From contig OZ220480.1 of NCBI GenBank assembly GCA_965116025.1, positions 416,001 to 480,000 of the forward strand: a stretch of DNA of 64,000 nt. The letters run 5' to 3'. Below the pieces are notes generated by a model. It was not told the DNA's origin, did not search any database, and saw only the letters and a list, made by a program, of their open reading frames with translations. The translations under genes and the position numbers were made by a program. Positions 18,762 to 29,593 of the stretch are shown in pieces; positions within the stretch are counted from its first letter, which is position 1, and the number at the start of each line of letters is the position of its first letter. The stretch comes from an uncultured candidatus Porisulfidus sp. (lineage in GTDB: Bacteria; Pseudomonadota; Gammaproteobacteria; Poriferisulfidales; Poriferisulfidaceae).

Positions 18762-19028
18762 GGTTTGCTCCTTTGTAGTTCCAGTGTGATCCAGCGAGAC
18801 TCGCGCCTCATCTATAAGATATAGCGGTATAGAAATTATAGCAAGACACAAAAACCCCCAAACTTGCTCTCAAACCCATGCCATCCCGAAAAAACTCGCG
18901 CTAGTCCTAGTCATTTTGCCCGTTAAGCCTTACAATTTACCCCCCCGATATAGAATGGGAGAGGGTTTTTTCATTCGCGCACAGCTAGGCGACAGAACTT
19001 CCCTTTGGCCCACGCCGCCCACTTAAGC

Positions 19029-20411
19029 ATGCTTTCATTTCGATTCCCCGAAACCACCCTTTCGAGACCGCATTGGCGGCATGTGACGACTATTTGCGCC
19101 TCACTCTGCCTGGCCGGAGGCATGCTGGCACTCATTCCGAAATCCAGCGAGACCCACGCGTCCATCGCGCCCGCCACGCCACAGCATTCCTCTCGCTTGA
19201 CGCAACCATTAGCTCTCCCACCGAAACTGGCAAAAAAACCGTCCGGCGCTCCTGCCGCCTTACCCAAAAAAACCATCCAAAGCCCCGGAGCCCCGGCCGT
19301 CGCGCGCGAGTGGGACGAGAAAGTCACGGTGCGATCAGGCGATTCTCTGAGCGTTATCCTCAACCGGCTGGATCTGGATCACGCCGTCCCGGCCCTATTG
19401 CGCCTCGGGTCTGGCTCCAAGCCACTGCACCGGTTGCATCCCGGCCAAGTTCTCCATATTCAGCAAGACGAGCAGGGACTGCGCCGCCTAATGTTCCAGC
19501 CGACCCCCTTCCGGGAAACCAGTTATTGGCGCATGCCCGGAAAAGCCTATACGGTTGGGCATATCGATCTGCCTGTGGAGCACAAGCGACGATCCGTCAG
19601 CGGCACGATCAAGCGCACGCTGTTCGAGTCCGGGGATGAAGCGGGTCTCAGTCACTCCCTGATCCAAGAGCTCGCGCATATCTTCGGTTGGGATATCGAT
19701 TTCGCCTTGGAAATCCAGAAAGGCGATCAGTTCAAGCTGATTTGGGAAGAGCGTTGGGCGGGAGGCCGCCATGTCGAGGATGGACCCATTCTCGCTGCCG
19801 AATTCGTGAATCAGGGAGAGACGTATCGGGCCTTGCGCTATGTCCGAAAGGACGGCCAGGCCGACTACTACACGCCGGACGGCCAGCATTTGCGCAAGCA
19901 GTTCCTGCGCACTCCCGTGGACTTCGCTCGCATCAGCTCGCATTTCAACCCGCGCCGGTTGCACCCGATCCTCAAACGAATTCGTCCGCACCGCGGCGTG
20001 GACTATGCCGCCCCGGCAGGCACTCCCGTCTACGCGGCCGGAGACGGAACCGTCACGCATCGTGGCTGGAAAAGCGGCTATGGCCGGGTGATTTTCATTC
20101 AGCACGGCGCCCGCTACACCACCGTCTACGCGCATCTCTCGAAATATGCCAAAGGCGTAAAGGTCGGTAGCAAAGTCGCCCAAGGGCAGATCATCGGCCG
20201 GGTGGGACAGTCCGGCATGGCGACCGGCCCGCACCTGCACTACGAATTCCGGATCGACGGCGTTCACCGCAACCCCGTGAAGGTCAGGTTCCCCTCCATC
20301 AAGCCTCTCCGGCAAGCCGACCTCGCTGACTTTCGGCGACAGGCCTGGCCCATGCTGGTAGCCTTGGGGACGACCTATGACTTGCAGGCGGCTTACGCCA
20401 ATGCCGAATGA
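19029..20411 (+). CDS. M23-family murein DD-endopeptidase (MepM/OapA-like)
   Basis: VRSGDSLS, IFGWDIDF, HRGVDYAA (HxxxD), YAHL, TGPHLHYEF; start approximate. Confidence 0.92.
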   Translation: MLSFRFPETTLSRPHWRHVTTICASLCLAGGMLALIPKSSETHASIAPATPQHSSRLTQPLALPPKLAKKPSGAPAALPKKTIQSPGAPAVAREWDEKVTVRSGDSLSVILNRLDLDHAVPALLRLGSGSKPLHRLHPGQVLHIQQDEQGLRRLMFQPTPFRETSYWRMPGKAYTVGHIDLPVEHKRRSVSGTIKRTLFESGDEAGLSHSLIQELAHIFGWDIDFALEIQKGDQFKLIWEERWAGGRHVEDGPILAAEFVNQGETYRALRYVRKDGQADYYTPDGQHLRKQFLRTPVDFARISSHFNPRRLHPILKRIRPHRGVDYAAPAGTPVYAAGDGTVTHRGWKSGYGRVIFIQHGARYTTVYAHLSKYAKGVKVGSKVAQGQIIGRVGQSGMATGPHLHYEFRIDGVHRNPVKVRFPSIKPLRQADLADFRRQAWPMLVALGTTYDLQAAYANAE

Positions 20412-21502
20412 GCGCGCTGTACGTCGGCGCCTTGTCCGGCACCAGCATGAATTCCATTGACGCCGCGCTTTTCGATTTCTCTTCCGAACGCCCGAAGCTC
20501 CTCGCCCACCACGCGATTCCCTTCCCCGAAATTCTCCAAGAGAAGCTTCGGCACCTGATCCTCAATCCGCACTCGTTGCGGGAGTACGCGCTGGCCGAGC
20601 GCGCGCTCAGCCAAAGTTTCGCACGGTGCGTCCAGACTCTGCTCGAAGACAGCGCGACGGCGCCGAGCCAGGTCGCCGCGGCGGGCATCCATGGCCAAAC
20701 CCTTCTTCATCAAAAAGGCGACGGGGCCGCGCTGACGCTGCAACTTCTCGACCCGAACCAGATCAGCGCCCAGTGCGGGATCCCGGTGATCAGCGATTTT
20801 CGGCGACGCGACCTAGCGGAGGGCGGGGAAGGAGCCCCGCTCGCGCCTCTCGCCCATCACCGCCTGTTTCATTCCTCCACCGAAAACCGGGCCGTAGTGA
20901 ACATCGGCGGCATCGCGAACATCACCACGCTACCTGCCGAAGGGCCCGTTCGGGGCCACGATACCGGCCCGGGTTGCGGGTTGCTGGATGAATGGAGCCA
21001 ACTGCACCTCGGCGAGAATTACGACCGCGACGGCCAATGGGGAAGAACCGGAAAAATTCAGGAAGAACTCCTGGAGATGATGTTGCGCGATCCGTACTTC
21101 ACCCAGTCCCCGCCCAAGAGCGCGGGCCGCGAATATTTCTGCCGTTCCTGGGTCGAGGGCATGATCGTGGAACGGCCAGCCAGCCCTGTGGACATACAGG
21201 CGACCTTGACCGAACTGACCGCGCGCAGCGTCGGAGCCGCGGCGCTCGCCGCCTCTCCAGCCGTGAAAAGAGTGTTGCTCTGCGGCGGGGGAGCGCGAAA
21301 CGCCTATCTCAGGGAGCGCGTCGCCACCCAGCTGTCCACGCCCGTCGAGCTCACAGACGAGCGCGGCCTGGATGCCGAATGGGTGGAATGCTTTTTGTTC
21401 GCCCTGCTCGCCCGTCTTCACGCGCGCGGCGAAGTCATGGACTTGGCGAGCGTCACGGGCAGTCGAAAGGCCACCGCGTTGGGCGCCACCTGGCCCGCTT
21501 GA
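20408..21502 (+). CDS. anmK: Anhydro-N-acetylmuramic acid kinase
   Basis: SGTSMNSIDAA, HGQT, DFRRRD...GGEGAPLAP, NIGGIANIT, DTGPG, CGGGARN. Confidence 0.95.
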   Translation: MSALYVGALSGTSMNSIDAALFDFSSERPKLLAHHAIPFPEILQEKLRHLILNPHSLREYALAERALSQSFARCVQTLLEDSATAPSQVAAAGIHGQTLLHQKGDGAALTLQLLDPNQISAQCGIPVISDFRRRDLAEGGEGAPLAPLAHHRLFHSSTENRAVVNIGGIANITTLPAEGPVRGHDTGPGCGLLDEWSQLHLGENYDRDGQWGRTGKIQEELLEMMLRDPYFTQSPPKSAGREYFCRSWVEGMIVERPASPVDIQATLTELTARSVGAAALAASPAVKRVLLCGGGARNAYLRERVATQLSTPVELTDERGLDAEWVECFLFALLARLHARGEVMDLASVTGSRKATALGATWPA

Positions 21503-21511
21503 GAAACGATC

Positions 21512-21877
21512 TTACGGAGAGAACGACGACCCGCAACCGCACGTCGTGGTGGCGTTGGGATTGCGAATCACGAACTGCGCGCCTTCCAGCCCCTCGGTGT
21601 AGTCGATCTCGGCTCCCATCAGATACTGGAAGCTCATCGGGTCAATCAACAGGGTGACCCCCTCTTTCTCAACCCGGGTGTCTCCATCCTGCGTTTCCTC
21701 ATCGAACGTGAACCCATACTGAAACCCGGAGCAGCCACCCCCGCTGACGAAAACGCGCAGTTTGAGCGCGTCGTTTTTTTCTTCCTCAATCAATTGTTTC
21801 ACTTTCCGGGCGGCGGAATCGGTAAAGATCAAGGGCGCCGTCGAATCCGTCTCGACTGAGAGCATCGTTTCGGCCAT
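21512..21877 (-). CDS. erpA: Fe-S cluster insertion protein ErpA
   Basis: [37 protein letters not shown]. Confidence 0.95.
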   Translation of the reverse strand: MAETMLSVETDSTAPLIFTDSAARKVKQLIEEEKNDALKLRVFVSGGGCSGFQYGFTFDEETQDGDTRVEKEGVTLLIDPMSFQYLMGAEIDYTEGLEGAQFVIRNPNATTTCGCGSSFSP

Positions 21878-21934
21878 TATCGGTCCTCGGGGTTCTTTCG
21901 TCCAGAGAGAACAATATAGCACACGGGCCAAGGT

Positions 21935-22290
21935 TCACGCGACTCGGACCGCGCTCCACGAACCATCTCTTCGTGAGATATTCGTCTGTAAGCCAGAAAC
22001 CGGGATCACCGCGCGCCAGCGGGCATTCTCGCTATGGCGTCCAGGCTCTCGACAGTTTGGAAGCGCCGCGGTCTCAATACGCTCAAGCATCGAAAAATCT
22101 GGCAACGGAAACTTCCCGTCCAGCTCCACGAAATAATGGAAAATCGCTCCCATCCAGCTCCCGCGAGATCCGAAAGGCGGTATCGCTTCAGGCCCCCTCC
22201 GCGCGACCGTGCGGCGAAAAGATCATAGCAACCCACGACGACACTGGGATAATGTCTTTGGTAAAGAATCAGACGATATCCCGGTGCCCG
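21935..22290 (-). pseudogene. Probable decayed remnant of the DUF6776-type gene usually found between argC and erpA
   Basis: Frameshifted fragments GYRLILYQ...YRLSDL and FHYFVELDGKFPLP...ERIE resemble, from memory, the C-terminal motifs of that family; the position is syntenic. Confidence 0.35.
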
Positions 22291-22347
22291 CTTTCTACAC
22301 CAACGAAAGCCTCCAGCGCGGCCAAGCCGCTGACGAAAGATGGAATC

Positions 22348-23376
22348 TCACGCTGGCAACGCGATCTGCGACAGCCCGGTCCGCTCTGGAAGATCAAACA
22401 TCAGGTTCATGTTCTGGATCGCCTGCCCCGCCGCGCCCTTGACCAGATTGTCGATCACGGAAACGATCACCATCGGCTCGCCATCGCCAGGATGCAAGGC
22501 GATCCGGCAGACGTTCGATCCACGCGCGTTCTTGGTCTGCGGCAGACTCTCCGGCGGCATCACGTCGACGAATGGCTCTTCCGCGTAACGCCGCTCATAC
22601 AGCGTCCGCGTCACTTCCCCAGACAGATCGGTCCATGCGTACAAAGTCGCCAAGATGCCTCGGACCATCGGAGCCACGTGGGGCGTGAACGTCAATCGCG
22701 CTGATTGACCAGAGATCTGCTCGAGAACTTGGGAGATTTCTGGGCCATGCCGGTGCTGATGGATTCCGTACGCCCGGAAGTTCTCCATCGCCTCGCTCAT
22801 CAGCAGGGGCGTGCTAGCCTGGCGGCCAGCCCCGCTGATGCCGGATTTCGCGTCCGCGATCAATCGCTCGAAGTCCGCCGCGCCGGATTCCAGCAATGGC
22901 AAGAACCCTAAGATCACGGCCGTCGGATAGCAACCTGGATTCGCCACCAGCCGCGCCTGGCGCACCCGCTCCCGGTTTAGCTCCGGTAGCCCATACACGG
23001 CTTCCCCCAGCAAATCTGGGCAAGCGTGAGGCATTTGATAGACCGACTCCCAAACTTGCGGGTCTCGTAGACGAAAATCGGCCGCGAGATCAATCACCCG
23101 ACGCCCTCGCTCCAGAAGCCTCGGGGCCTGCCGCATCGCGGTTCCGTTGGGCGTCGCGAAGAACGCGACCGCGCACTCCGTCTCATACAGTCGGCGGTGC
23201 GGCACATAGGAAAGATCCACCCGTCCGCGCAAATGCGGATGCGCGTCCGCGACAGGCCTTCCCGCCTCGGAATCCGAGCTGACCGCCACCACCTCGACAT
23301 CCGGGTGGTCGGTAAGCAGGCGGAGCAACTCCACGCCGGTATAGCCGGTCGCCCCCACGATGCCCGCTTTAATCAT
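22348..23376 (-). CDS. argC: N-acetyl-gamma-glutamyl-phosphate reductase
   Basis: [51 protein letters not shown]. Confidence 0.96.
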   Translation of the reverse strand: MIKAGIVGATGYTGVELLRLLTDHPDVEVVAVSSDSEAGRPVADAHPHLRGRVDLSYVPHRRLYETECAVAFFATPNGTAMRQAPRLLERGRRVIDLAADFRLRDPQVWESVYQMPHACPDLLGEAVYGLPELNRERVRQARLVANPGCYPTAVILGFLPLLESGAADFERLIADAKSGISGAGRQASTPLLMSEAMENFRAYGIHQHRHGPEISQVLEQISGQSARLTFTPHVAPMVRGILATLYAWTDLSGEVTRTLYERRYAEEPFVDVMPPESLPQTKNARGSNVCRIALHPGDGEPMVIVSVIDNLVKGAAGQAIQNMNLMFDLPERTGLSQIALPA

Positions 23377-23440
23377 CCGTTGACCCGATACAATGCAGGC
23401 GTTCATCTTATCCGATTGGCCGCCGCTCAATACCGGGAAA

Positions 23441-23884
23441 ATGCTCTGGCTCAAGGCGTTGCACCTGATTTTCATGGTGACCTGGTTCGCCGGGCTGTTC
23501 TATCTGCCGCGCCTGTTCGTGTACCACGCGATGAGCGACGACGAGACCAGCCTCCAGCGCTTCCACGTCATGGAACGGAAACTGCTTTGGGGGATCGCCA
23601 CCCCGGGCGGAGCGCTGACTCTGTTGTTCGGATTCTGGTTGCTCGCCGACTATCGGCCCGACCTGCTTTCCGCGGGATGGATGCAGTGGAAATTGATCTT
23701 GGTCGGGGCGCTGGTCGGATATCACGCGTGGTGCGTCCTCCTGCAACGAAGATTCGCGCGAGGAGAAAACCGGCATGGACATATCTGGTATCGCTGGTTC
23801 AACGAGGCTCCGGTCCTCATTCTGATCGCGACCGTGATCTTGGCCGTGCTGCGCCCGCAAGCGGGTTTCGACTTCTTTACCTGA
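23441..23884 (+). CDS. hemJ: Protoporphyrinogen oxidase HemJ
   Basis: [29 protein letters not shown]...MERKL...WYRWFNEAP. Confidence 0.92.
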   Translation: MLWLKALHLIFMVTWFAGLFYLPRLFVYHAMSDDETSLQRFHVMERKLLWGIATPGGALTLLFGFWLLADYRPDLLSAGWMQWKLILVGALVGYHAWCVLLQRRFARGENRHGHIWYRWFNEAPVLILIATVILAVLRPQAGFDFFT

Positions 23885-24037
23885 TATGCCCGATTGTTAC
23901 AATAACGGCTGGGCGACTGGCGACCCCTCTTCTGGCCAGAACTCCCTCATGCCTCCGCGCCATTCCGCGCATCGCGAAAGAGAAATCTTAGACAAGCCGA
24001 AACGATCAACCCGATAATTCAATCCGAGCCGAAGCAA

Positions 24038-24868
24038 GTGAGTCCCGTTCAAATTCCACCGTTGAAGATACAGGGAATCAAGACTAGAGCGATACCGTTT
24101 ATTCGGGATCGTGTTGATTGGGAAGGTTCTGGCCGTTGGATAGAACCTTTTGTTGGTTCGGCCGTCGTCCCTTTCAACATAAAGCCGGACCGCGCTCTGC
24201 TTGGCGACGCCAACCCGCATTTGATCCGCTTTTATAAATCCATACAGCGAGAGACCGTCACCAGCGCGACAGTCCGTATTTTCTTAGAACGAGAGGGCGC
24301 ATATCTCCTACGCGACGGACAAGAGCATTATCATCGAGTTCGGGAGCGCTTTAACGACGCGCATGATCCGCACGATTTCCTATTCCTGAATCGCGCCTGT
24401 TTCAATGGCATGATGCGCTTCAACAAGAAAGGATACTTCAACACTCCCTTCTGCCGGAAGCCAGAGCGCTTTCGGCCCGCCTATGTAACGAAGATCTGCA
24501 ATCAAGTTCAGAGAATCGCGGATGTTATGGCCAATACATCATGGAAGTTCGTTTGCGCTGACTGGTCCGACATTATCAGCGAAGCGCGGGAAGGCGATTT
24601 TGTGTATTGCGATCCGCCATACGCTGGACGCTTCGCGGATTACTTCAACTCCTGGGATGACGGCGACGCATCGCGGCTAGAAGACGCTTTGAAGGCATTG
24701 CCATGCCCATTTCTTTATTCCATGTGGTCAGAAAACAAGTACCGGAAGAATGATCGGCTGCATGAATCGTTTTCCCAGTATCGAATTGAGACGTTCTCTC
24801 ATTTCTATCATTTGGGCGCGACCGAGAACTTGCGCAACAGGATAATTGAAGCCTTGGTTTCTGGATGA
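24038..24868 (+). CDS. Dam/D12-class N6-adenine DNA methyltransferase, M.EcoRV-like
   Basis: PPLKIQGIKT, WIEPFVGS, DANPHLI, FLFLNRACFNGMMRFN, YCDPPY...DYFNSW, HFYHLGA closely follow the M.EcoRV motif layout as I recall it. Confidence 0.9.
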   Translation: MSPVQIPPLKIQGIKTRAIPFIRDRVDWEGSGRWIEPFVGSAVVPFNIKPDRALLGDANPHLIRFYKSIQRETVTSATVRIFLEREGAYLLRDGQEHYHRVRERFNDAHDPHDFLFLNRACFNGMMRFNKKGYFNTPFCRKPERFRPAYVTKICNQVQRIADVMANTSWKFVCADWSDIISEAREGDFVYCDPPYAGRFADYFNSWDDGDASRLEDALKALPCPFLYSMWSENKYRKNDRLHESFSQYRIETFSHFYHLGATENLRNRIIEALVSG

Positions 24869-25121
24869 AAGATTATATTCTGAATGCGCTCGCGCAAATT
24901 CAAAACGGCTATTCTCAATGTGGAATCGCTGATCGTATAGTCTCGTGTTCATCCACTTGGTTTGGACGCGAAAGCATGTCCGAACGCATCAAGTCCTGGT
25001 TGAAAGAAAACTCTAGTGACGCGCGGCGACTTTCATCACGACCCTCACTCAGGTCCAAGAAGGCCATGATGCGAACGCCGATCAAGGAAGCGGATATCTG
25101 CCATTTATCTGGGCAGCCGTA

Positions 25122-27758
25122 ATGTACGGTTTGACCCTGTTCCGGGACTTAAAAGAAGCCACCATCTCGTGGCGCGAAAATGGCTACCCTTGCGAGGACC
25201 ACCCCTACATCAGCTTCATTCTTTCGCACCAAACCAGAGATGCGCGAGAAACCCTCAAGGAGGACGAGGCCATTGAGTTGAAGTACCTGCGCGAGCCGCA
25301 GTTTCTAGCCCTGGAGATTTATTGGTATGTTCGATTGATCCTGAAAACCCCCAAGATCGTGGATTTGTACAAGCATTTTTACGGGAACGACAAAAGCGAA
25401 TTCTTCGACGCCATCGGACTCCCCTTGTCGCCAGACGCCTTCGACTACGCTACCATTGACCAGGTCATGGAAAAGGTCAAGCATGACCAGGAGTTCGTGA
25501 AAAGAAAAAGAGCGGACGCGCTACATGAATCAATTCGCCTGGAATATCCGAGCTACATTCTGGCCTTGGCTATGGGAGCGGGAAAGACCGTTCTGATCGG
25601 AACGATAATCTCGACGGAATTCGCTATGTCGATCCGGTATCCTGACAGCGAAATCAAATTCATGAGAAACGCCCTCGTCTTCGCCCCGGGCACGACCATC
25701 ATCGAAAGCCTGCGAGAGCTCAGCGACTTGGCATACGAAGAGATATTGCCGCCGGACGCACGGCGAGACTTTCTCGCGAACCTGAAAATCGAATACCCTG
25801 GAAAGGGAAAGGATATCCAAATCCAGGCCGGTAGCTCCTACAACTTGATCGTCACCAATACCGAGAAGATCAGCCTGCGGGCCAAAACGAGAAAGAATCG
25901 GACGGATTTCGAACGCGACCAAGTGCTCGCGAATCTTCGGCTCCAGAAAATCGCGAGCCTGCCAAATCTCGGAGTGTTCTCGGATGAGGCGCACCACACT
26001 TTCGGAAACGCTTTCGAGAAAATCAAGAGAGTTCGAGAAACCATCGATTACATCAATGACCATGGCGCGCCGATCGTGGCGGTCGTGAACACGACCGGGA
26101 CCCCGTACTACAAAAAGAAACCGCTAGTAGAAGTGATCGCATGGTATGGACTCGGAGAGGGAATCAAGGACAACATCCTCAAGTCTCTGACGAATGGAAT
26201 CCACCGGTATGACATGAGAAACGAGCCCGAAGAGACCGTGATCAACGATATCGTGCGCGAATTCTTCAAGACCTACGGGGACGTGACTCTTCCCGACGGT
26301 GCCAAAGCGAAGATCGCCTTTTACTTCAAGACGCAAGAGCATTTGGAAACGTCCAAGAATTTTATCGAGAAGGCGATGACGGAAATCGGGGAAAGCGTCT
26401 CCCAAATACTGGTCAACACGCAGAAATCTGACAGCTGGCAGCTGGACGCCTTCCGGCGCCTCAATGACCCTGGTAGCCTAATGCGGGTGATTCTTCTTAT
26501 TGGGAAGGGGGTCGAGGGCTGGAATTGCCCCAGCCTGTTCGCCTGCGCCCTGATCAAGCCGCAAACCAGCAAGACCTATGTGCTGCAGGCTTCCACGCGG
26601 TGCTTGCGGCAAGTACCCGGAAATTCGCTCCCGGCGAAGATCTTTTTGGATCACCAGAACTCCGGCATCCTCAATCAGCAACTCCGGGACAGTTTCTCCA
26701 CTGACCTGACAGACCTTATGCTTGGAGCGAGCCAGAAGAAACACGTCGTCTTGCGCATCAGGAAGCCCGATCTACCAAAACTAGAAATCACCAGGAAAGT
26801 CAGAAAAGCCGTAAGAACACGCGAATCAAGCGCGCCCATCCATCTGGCGAGACCGAAATCCAAAGCTCCTCCCACGGTGCTTCGAAACATATTGACCCCC
26901 GCGTTCAGCAGCTCGTTCGATTTGCTCATGCCCACCGGCGAGACGAAAAAACTTGTCGTGGCGGAAAAATCCACGGATCGCTACACCGTCGCCAGAAGAA
27001 TCGCTTCCAGATACCATCTCCCCCTTCTGCAAGTCCTGCAAAGCTTGAGAAAACTCTATCCCAAGGGAACGATTCCGAATGGTCACCTGTATGGACTGCA
27101 TAAGCAGGCCGAGCGGCAACAAGCGAACTATGAAATCGTTGAGGAGGATGTGACCGAGGTGATGGCGCTGATCCGGATTCAGGACGAGAACGGCAACAAT
27201 TTATTCGAGACGGAAGCGGACGACGATGGCGGTAGCGTTTACGTTCACCGGCTACGCATGTTGCGGCGCACTTATGAAAGAATGGAGCAGCTCGACCTTT
27301 TTCAGGATGCGGCGACATGCGCGGATCGTCACGACCTGAGCTATCACTACGTCCCGTACAATTTCGATAGCGGGCCGGAAAGCTCTTTGTTCAAGCAGAC
27401 CCTGTCCGCGCTCAACGCCGACCCTCGCGATGTCGAAGCTTTTCTTTTTACCGGGGGCCTGACGAATCCGAGCATGACCGACTTTCACTTTGAGTACATG
27501 GGGGAAAACGGGCAATACCACCGCTACTTCCCTGATTTCGTGGTGGTCAAAAAGAAAACCCGGGAGTTTTACGTCGTCGAGGTCAAGTCTGAGCGCGATC
27601 GCGAAAACCCTACCGTTGAAGCGAAGAAAAAGGCTGTGGAACGATTGCGGAACATGCAGCCAGAGAAGTTCAAGTATCACATCGTCTACACTGGCGAGGG
27701 AGAGGTTCCACCTAACGAGATTCAACATATTCTGGACTGGGCAGAATCACGGCGATGA
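25122..27758 (+). CDS. Type III restriction enzyme Res subunit (SF2 helicase plus PD-(D/E)xK nuclease)
   Basis: AMGAGKT (Walker A), DEAHH, TGTP, EGWNCP, QASTRCLRQ, C-terminal YFPDFVV...VVEVKS. Confidence 0.9.
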   Translation: MYGLTLFRDLKEATISWRENGYPCEDHPYISFILSHQTRDARETLKEDEAIELKYLREPQFLALEIYWYVRLILKTPKIVDLYKHFYGNDKSEFFDAIGLPLSPDAFDYATIDQVMEKVKHDQEFVKRKRADALHESIRLEYPSYILALAMGAGKTVLIGTIISTEFAMSIRYPDSEIKFMRNALVFAPGTTIIESLRELSDLAYEEILPPDARRDFLANLKIEYPGKGKDIQIQAGSSYNLIVTNTEKISLRAKTRKNRTDFERDQVLANLRLQKIASLPNLGVFSDEAHHTFGNAFEKIKRVRETIDYINDHGAPIVAVVNTTGTPYYKKKPLVEVIAWYGLGEGIKDNILKSLTNGIHRYDMRNEPEETVINDIVREFFKTYGDVTLPDGAKAKIAFYFKTQEHLETSKNFIEKAMTEIGESVSQILVNTQKSDSWQLDAFRRLNDPGSLMRVILLIGKGVEGWNCPSLFACALIKPQTSKTYVLQASTRCLRQVPGNSLPAKIFLDHQNSGILNQQLRDSFSTDLTDLMLGASQKKHVVLRIRKPDLPKLEITRKVRKAVRTRESSAPIHLARPKSKAPPTVLRNILTPAFSSSFDLLMPTGETKKLVVAEKSTDRYTVARRIASRYHLPLLQVLQSLRKLYPKGTIPNGHLYGLHKQAERQQANYEIVEEDVTEVMALIRIQDENGNNLFETEADDDGGSVYVHRLRMLRRTYERMEQLDLFQDAATCADRHDLSYHYVPYNFDSGPESSLFKQTLSALNADPRDVEAFLFTGGLTNPSMTDFHFEYMGENGQYHRYFPDFVVVKKKTREFYVVEVKSERDRENPTVEAKKKAVERLRNMQPEKFKYHIVYTGEGEVPPNEIQHILDWAESRR

Positions 27759-29512
27759 GCGAGAAAGCGATCAAGATACGGCCTATCAAAGGGCGCGCCA
27801 TGCTTTCCTGGGTCGGAAAAAAGGTCTTGGATTCCGTTCGGTATTTTCCTCCTCAACTATGCGAAAGCGTCGGAGTGAAGACCCCACCCGCCGAACCTTC
27901 TTACAAAGAGTTTGAGCGTGGGGGATTCAATCTGCTTTTTCACGGAGACAACAAGGAGACGCTATCCTCTCTCATCAACCTTGGATTCCGGGCAAAAGTC
28001 GACTTGATCTACATCGATCCTCCCTTCGATTCTGGCGCTGACTACGTCAGGAAAATCAAACTGCGTGGCACGAAGCGCGTTTATAGCGGAAAACTTGACG
28101 GAGCGGAACACACGGCGATAGAGCAGGCGCAGTACGAGGACATCTGGGCGAACGACAACTACCTTCAGTTCATGTACGAGCGCTTGATTTTGATGCGAGA
28201 GTTGCTGAGCGATCAAGGAAGCATCTATCTGCATTGCGACGAGCACAAGGGACATCAATTGCGTCTTTTGCTGGACGAGGTTTTTGGAGAGGAAAACTTC
28301 AAGCGGGAAATCGTCTGGGACATAACGGTTCTATCCGGCTTCAAGACAAAGGCCCGCAACTGGATTCGCGGACATGACACGATCCTTTTCTACACGAAAG
28401 GCCAGAGCCAGAAATGGAATTCCCCCAGGATTCCGCACGATCAGAAATACTTGGCTCGTTTTGACCAGATAGATGAGGATGGCCGAAGGTATTTCGGGGG
28501 CAGAGGCCCGCGCCGATATCTGGATGAAGTCAAATCGAGGGGCAAGGCGGTCGGAGACGTATGGTCGGACATTATGTCCTTTCAGCAACAACCAACTTCC
28601 ACGGAAAATGGGCAATATCCCACGCAAAAGCCAGAGAAGCTGTTAGAGCGAATCATTCAAGCGTCCAGCGACGAGGGATCCATAGTTTTGGATTGCTTCT
28701 GCGGCTCCGGGACGACGGCCGCCGTGGCGGAAAAACTTAATCGCCGCTGGATCATGGCGGATCTCAACAAGGGCGCCATCCAAACCACCGTCAAAAGACT
28801 GCAGAAGGCGCATGCGGAAAATGAGGGCGGCAAGTTGATTCATTACCGCGTCAACAACTATGACGCCACGAAGCAAAACGCTCTAAAGAAAGTCATTATC
28901 GCGAAATACGGCATCCAGTCAGATCGCAAGGATCTGTTTTTTGATGGCACGGTGGGCGGGCAACTGGCCAAGATCGTGGAGCTGGACAAGCCATTGACCG
29001 TTTTGGATATCCAAAACATCAAAGAGGAAATTCGGAGCAATAGGCCAGAGGACACTCGGAACGTGGTCGTTTTCTGCAACGGGTCAGAAATAGAAACGCT
29101 GGAAGCTCTGGAAAAAGAGAAAAGCCCAATTAACCGGATCGTCGCTCTCGATATTCAGCGAGACTCGGTGTTCACGAATCAACCCGCGGAAGCGGAAGTT
29201 GAGGTACGCAAAGCCGGGAAGCGCGTCCAAATTGAAATCTCGGACTACATCAGCCCGACCATCCTCGCTCGATTGGACGTTGACCGAACACTGCTTGATG
29301 AGCAAATAGACGATTTTCGAGCGCAAATCGATTATGTGCTGATCGACACGGATTACCGCGAAGAATATTTCCAAATAATGGAAAGCGATGTGCCACGCGC
29401 GAAGAGCGATTTGATTAAAGGCGCATATGACCTGCCTCTGCCTCGAGCCAACGCGACCGTGGCCGTGAAAATCGTGGATATGGTCGGAGAGGAAGTCCTA
29501 GTCGTGAAATAG
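27755..29512 (+). CDS. Type III R-M Mod subunit (beta-class N6-adenine methyltransferase)
   Basis: LIYIDPPFDSGADY, YPTQKPEKLLERII, VLDCFCGSGTT; ATGA overlap with Res. Confidence 0.92.
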   Translation: MSEKAIKIRPIKGRAMLSWVGKKVLDSVRYFPPQLCESVGVKTPPAEPSYKEFERGGFNLLFHGDNKETLSSLINLGFRAKVDLIYIDPPFDSGADYVRKIKLRGTKRVYSGKLDGAEHTAIEQAQYEDIWANDNYLQFMYERLILMRELLSDQGSIYLHCDEHKGHQLRLLLDEVFGEENFKREIVWDITVLSGFKTKARNWIRGHDTILFYTKGQSQKWNSPRIPHDQKYLARFDQIDEDGRRYFGGRGPRRYLDEVKSRGKAVGDVWSDIMSFQQQPTSTENGQYPTQKPEKLLERIIQASSDEGSIVLDCFCGSGTTAAVAEKLNRRWIMADLNKGAIQTTVKRLQKAHAENEGGKLIHYRVNNYDATKQNALKKVIIAKYGIQSDRKDLFFDGTVGGQLAKIVELDKPLTVLDIQNIKEEIRSNRPEDTRNVVVFCNGSEIETLEALEKEKSPINRIVALDIQRDSVFTNQPAEAEVEVRKAGKRVQIEISDYISPTILARLDVDRTLLDEQIDDFRAQIDYVLIDTDYREEYFQIMESDVPRAKSDLIKGAYDLPLPRANATVAVKIVDMVGEEVLVVK

Positions 29513-29593
29513 CCCTCGATTTCGGAACCCTCCAAGATCGCGATAAGGCATGAGCCCGCGCGTCCTGCCCCGTCCCATCTCGCGCACGTCCGC

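Noticed and set aside
24865-25122. Cognate EcoRV-like endonuclease or C-protein
   Set aside because: Only 85 aa, with no PD-(D/E)xK or HTH signature recognisable; left unannotated.
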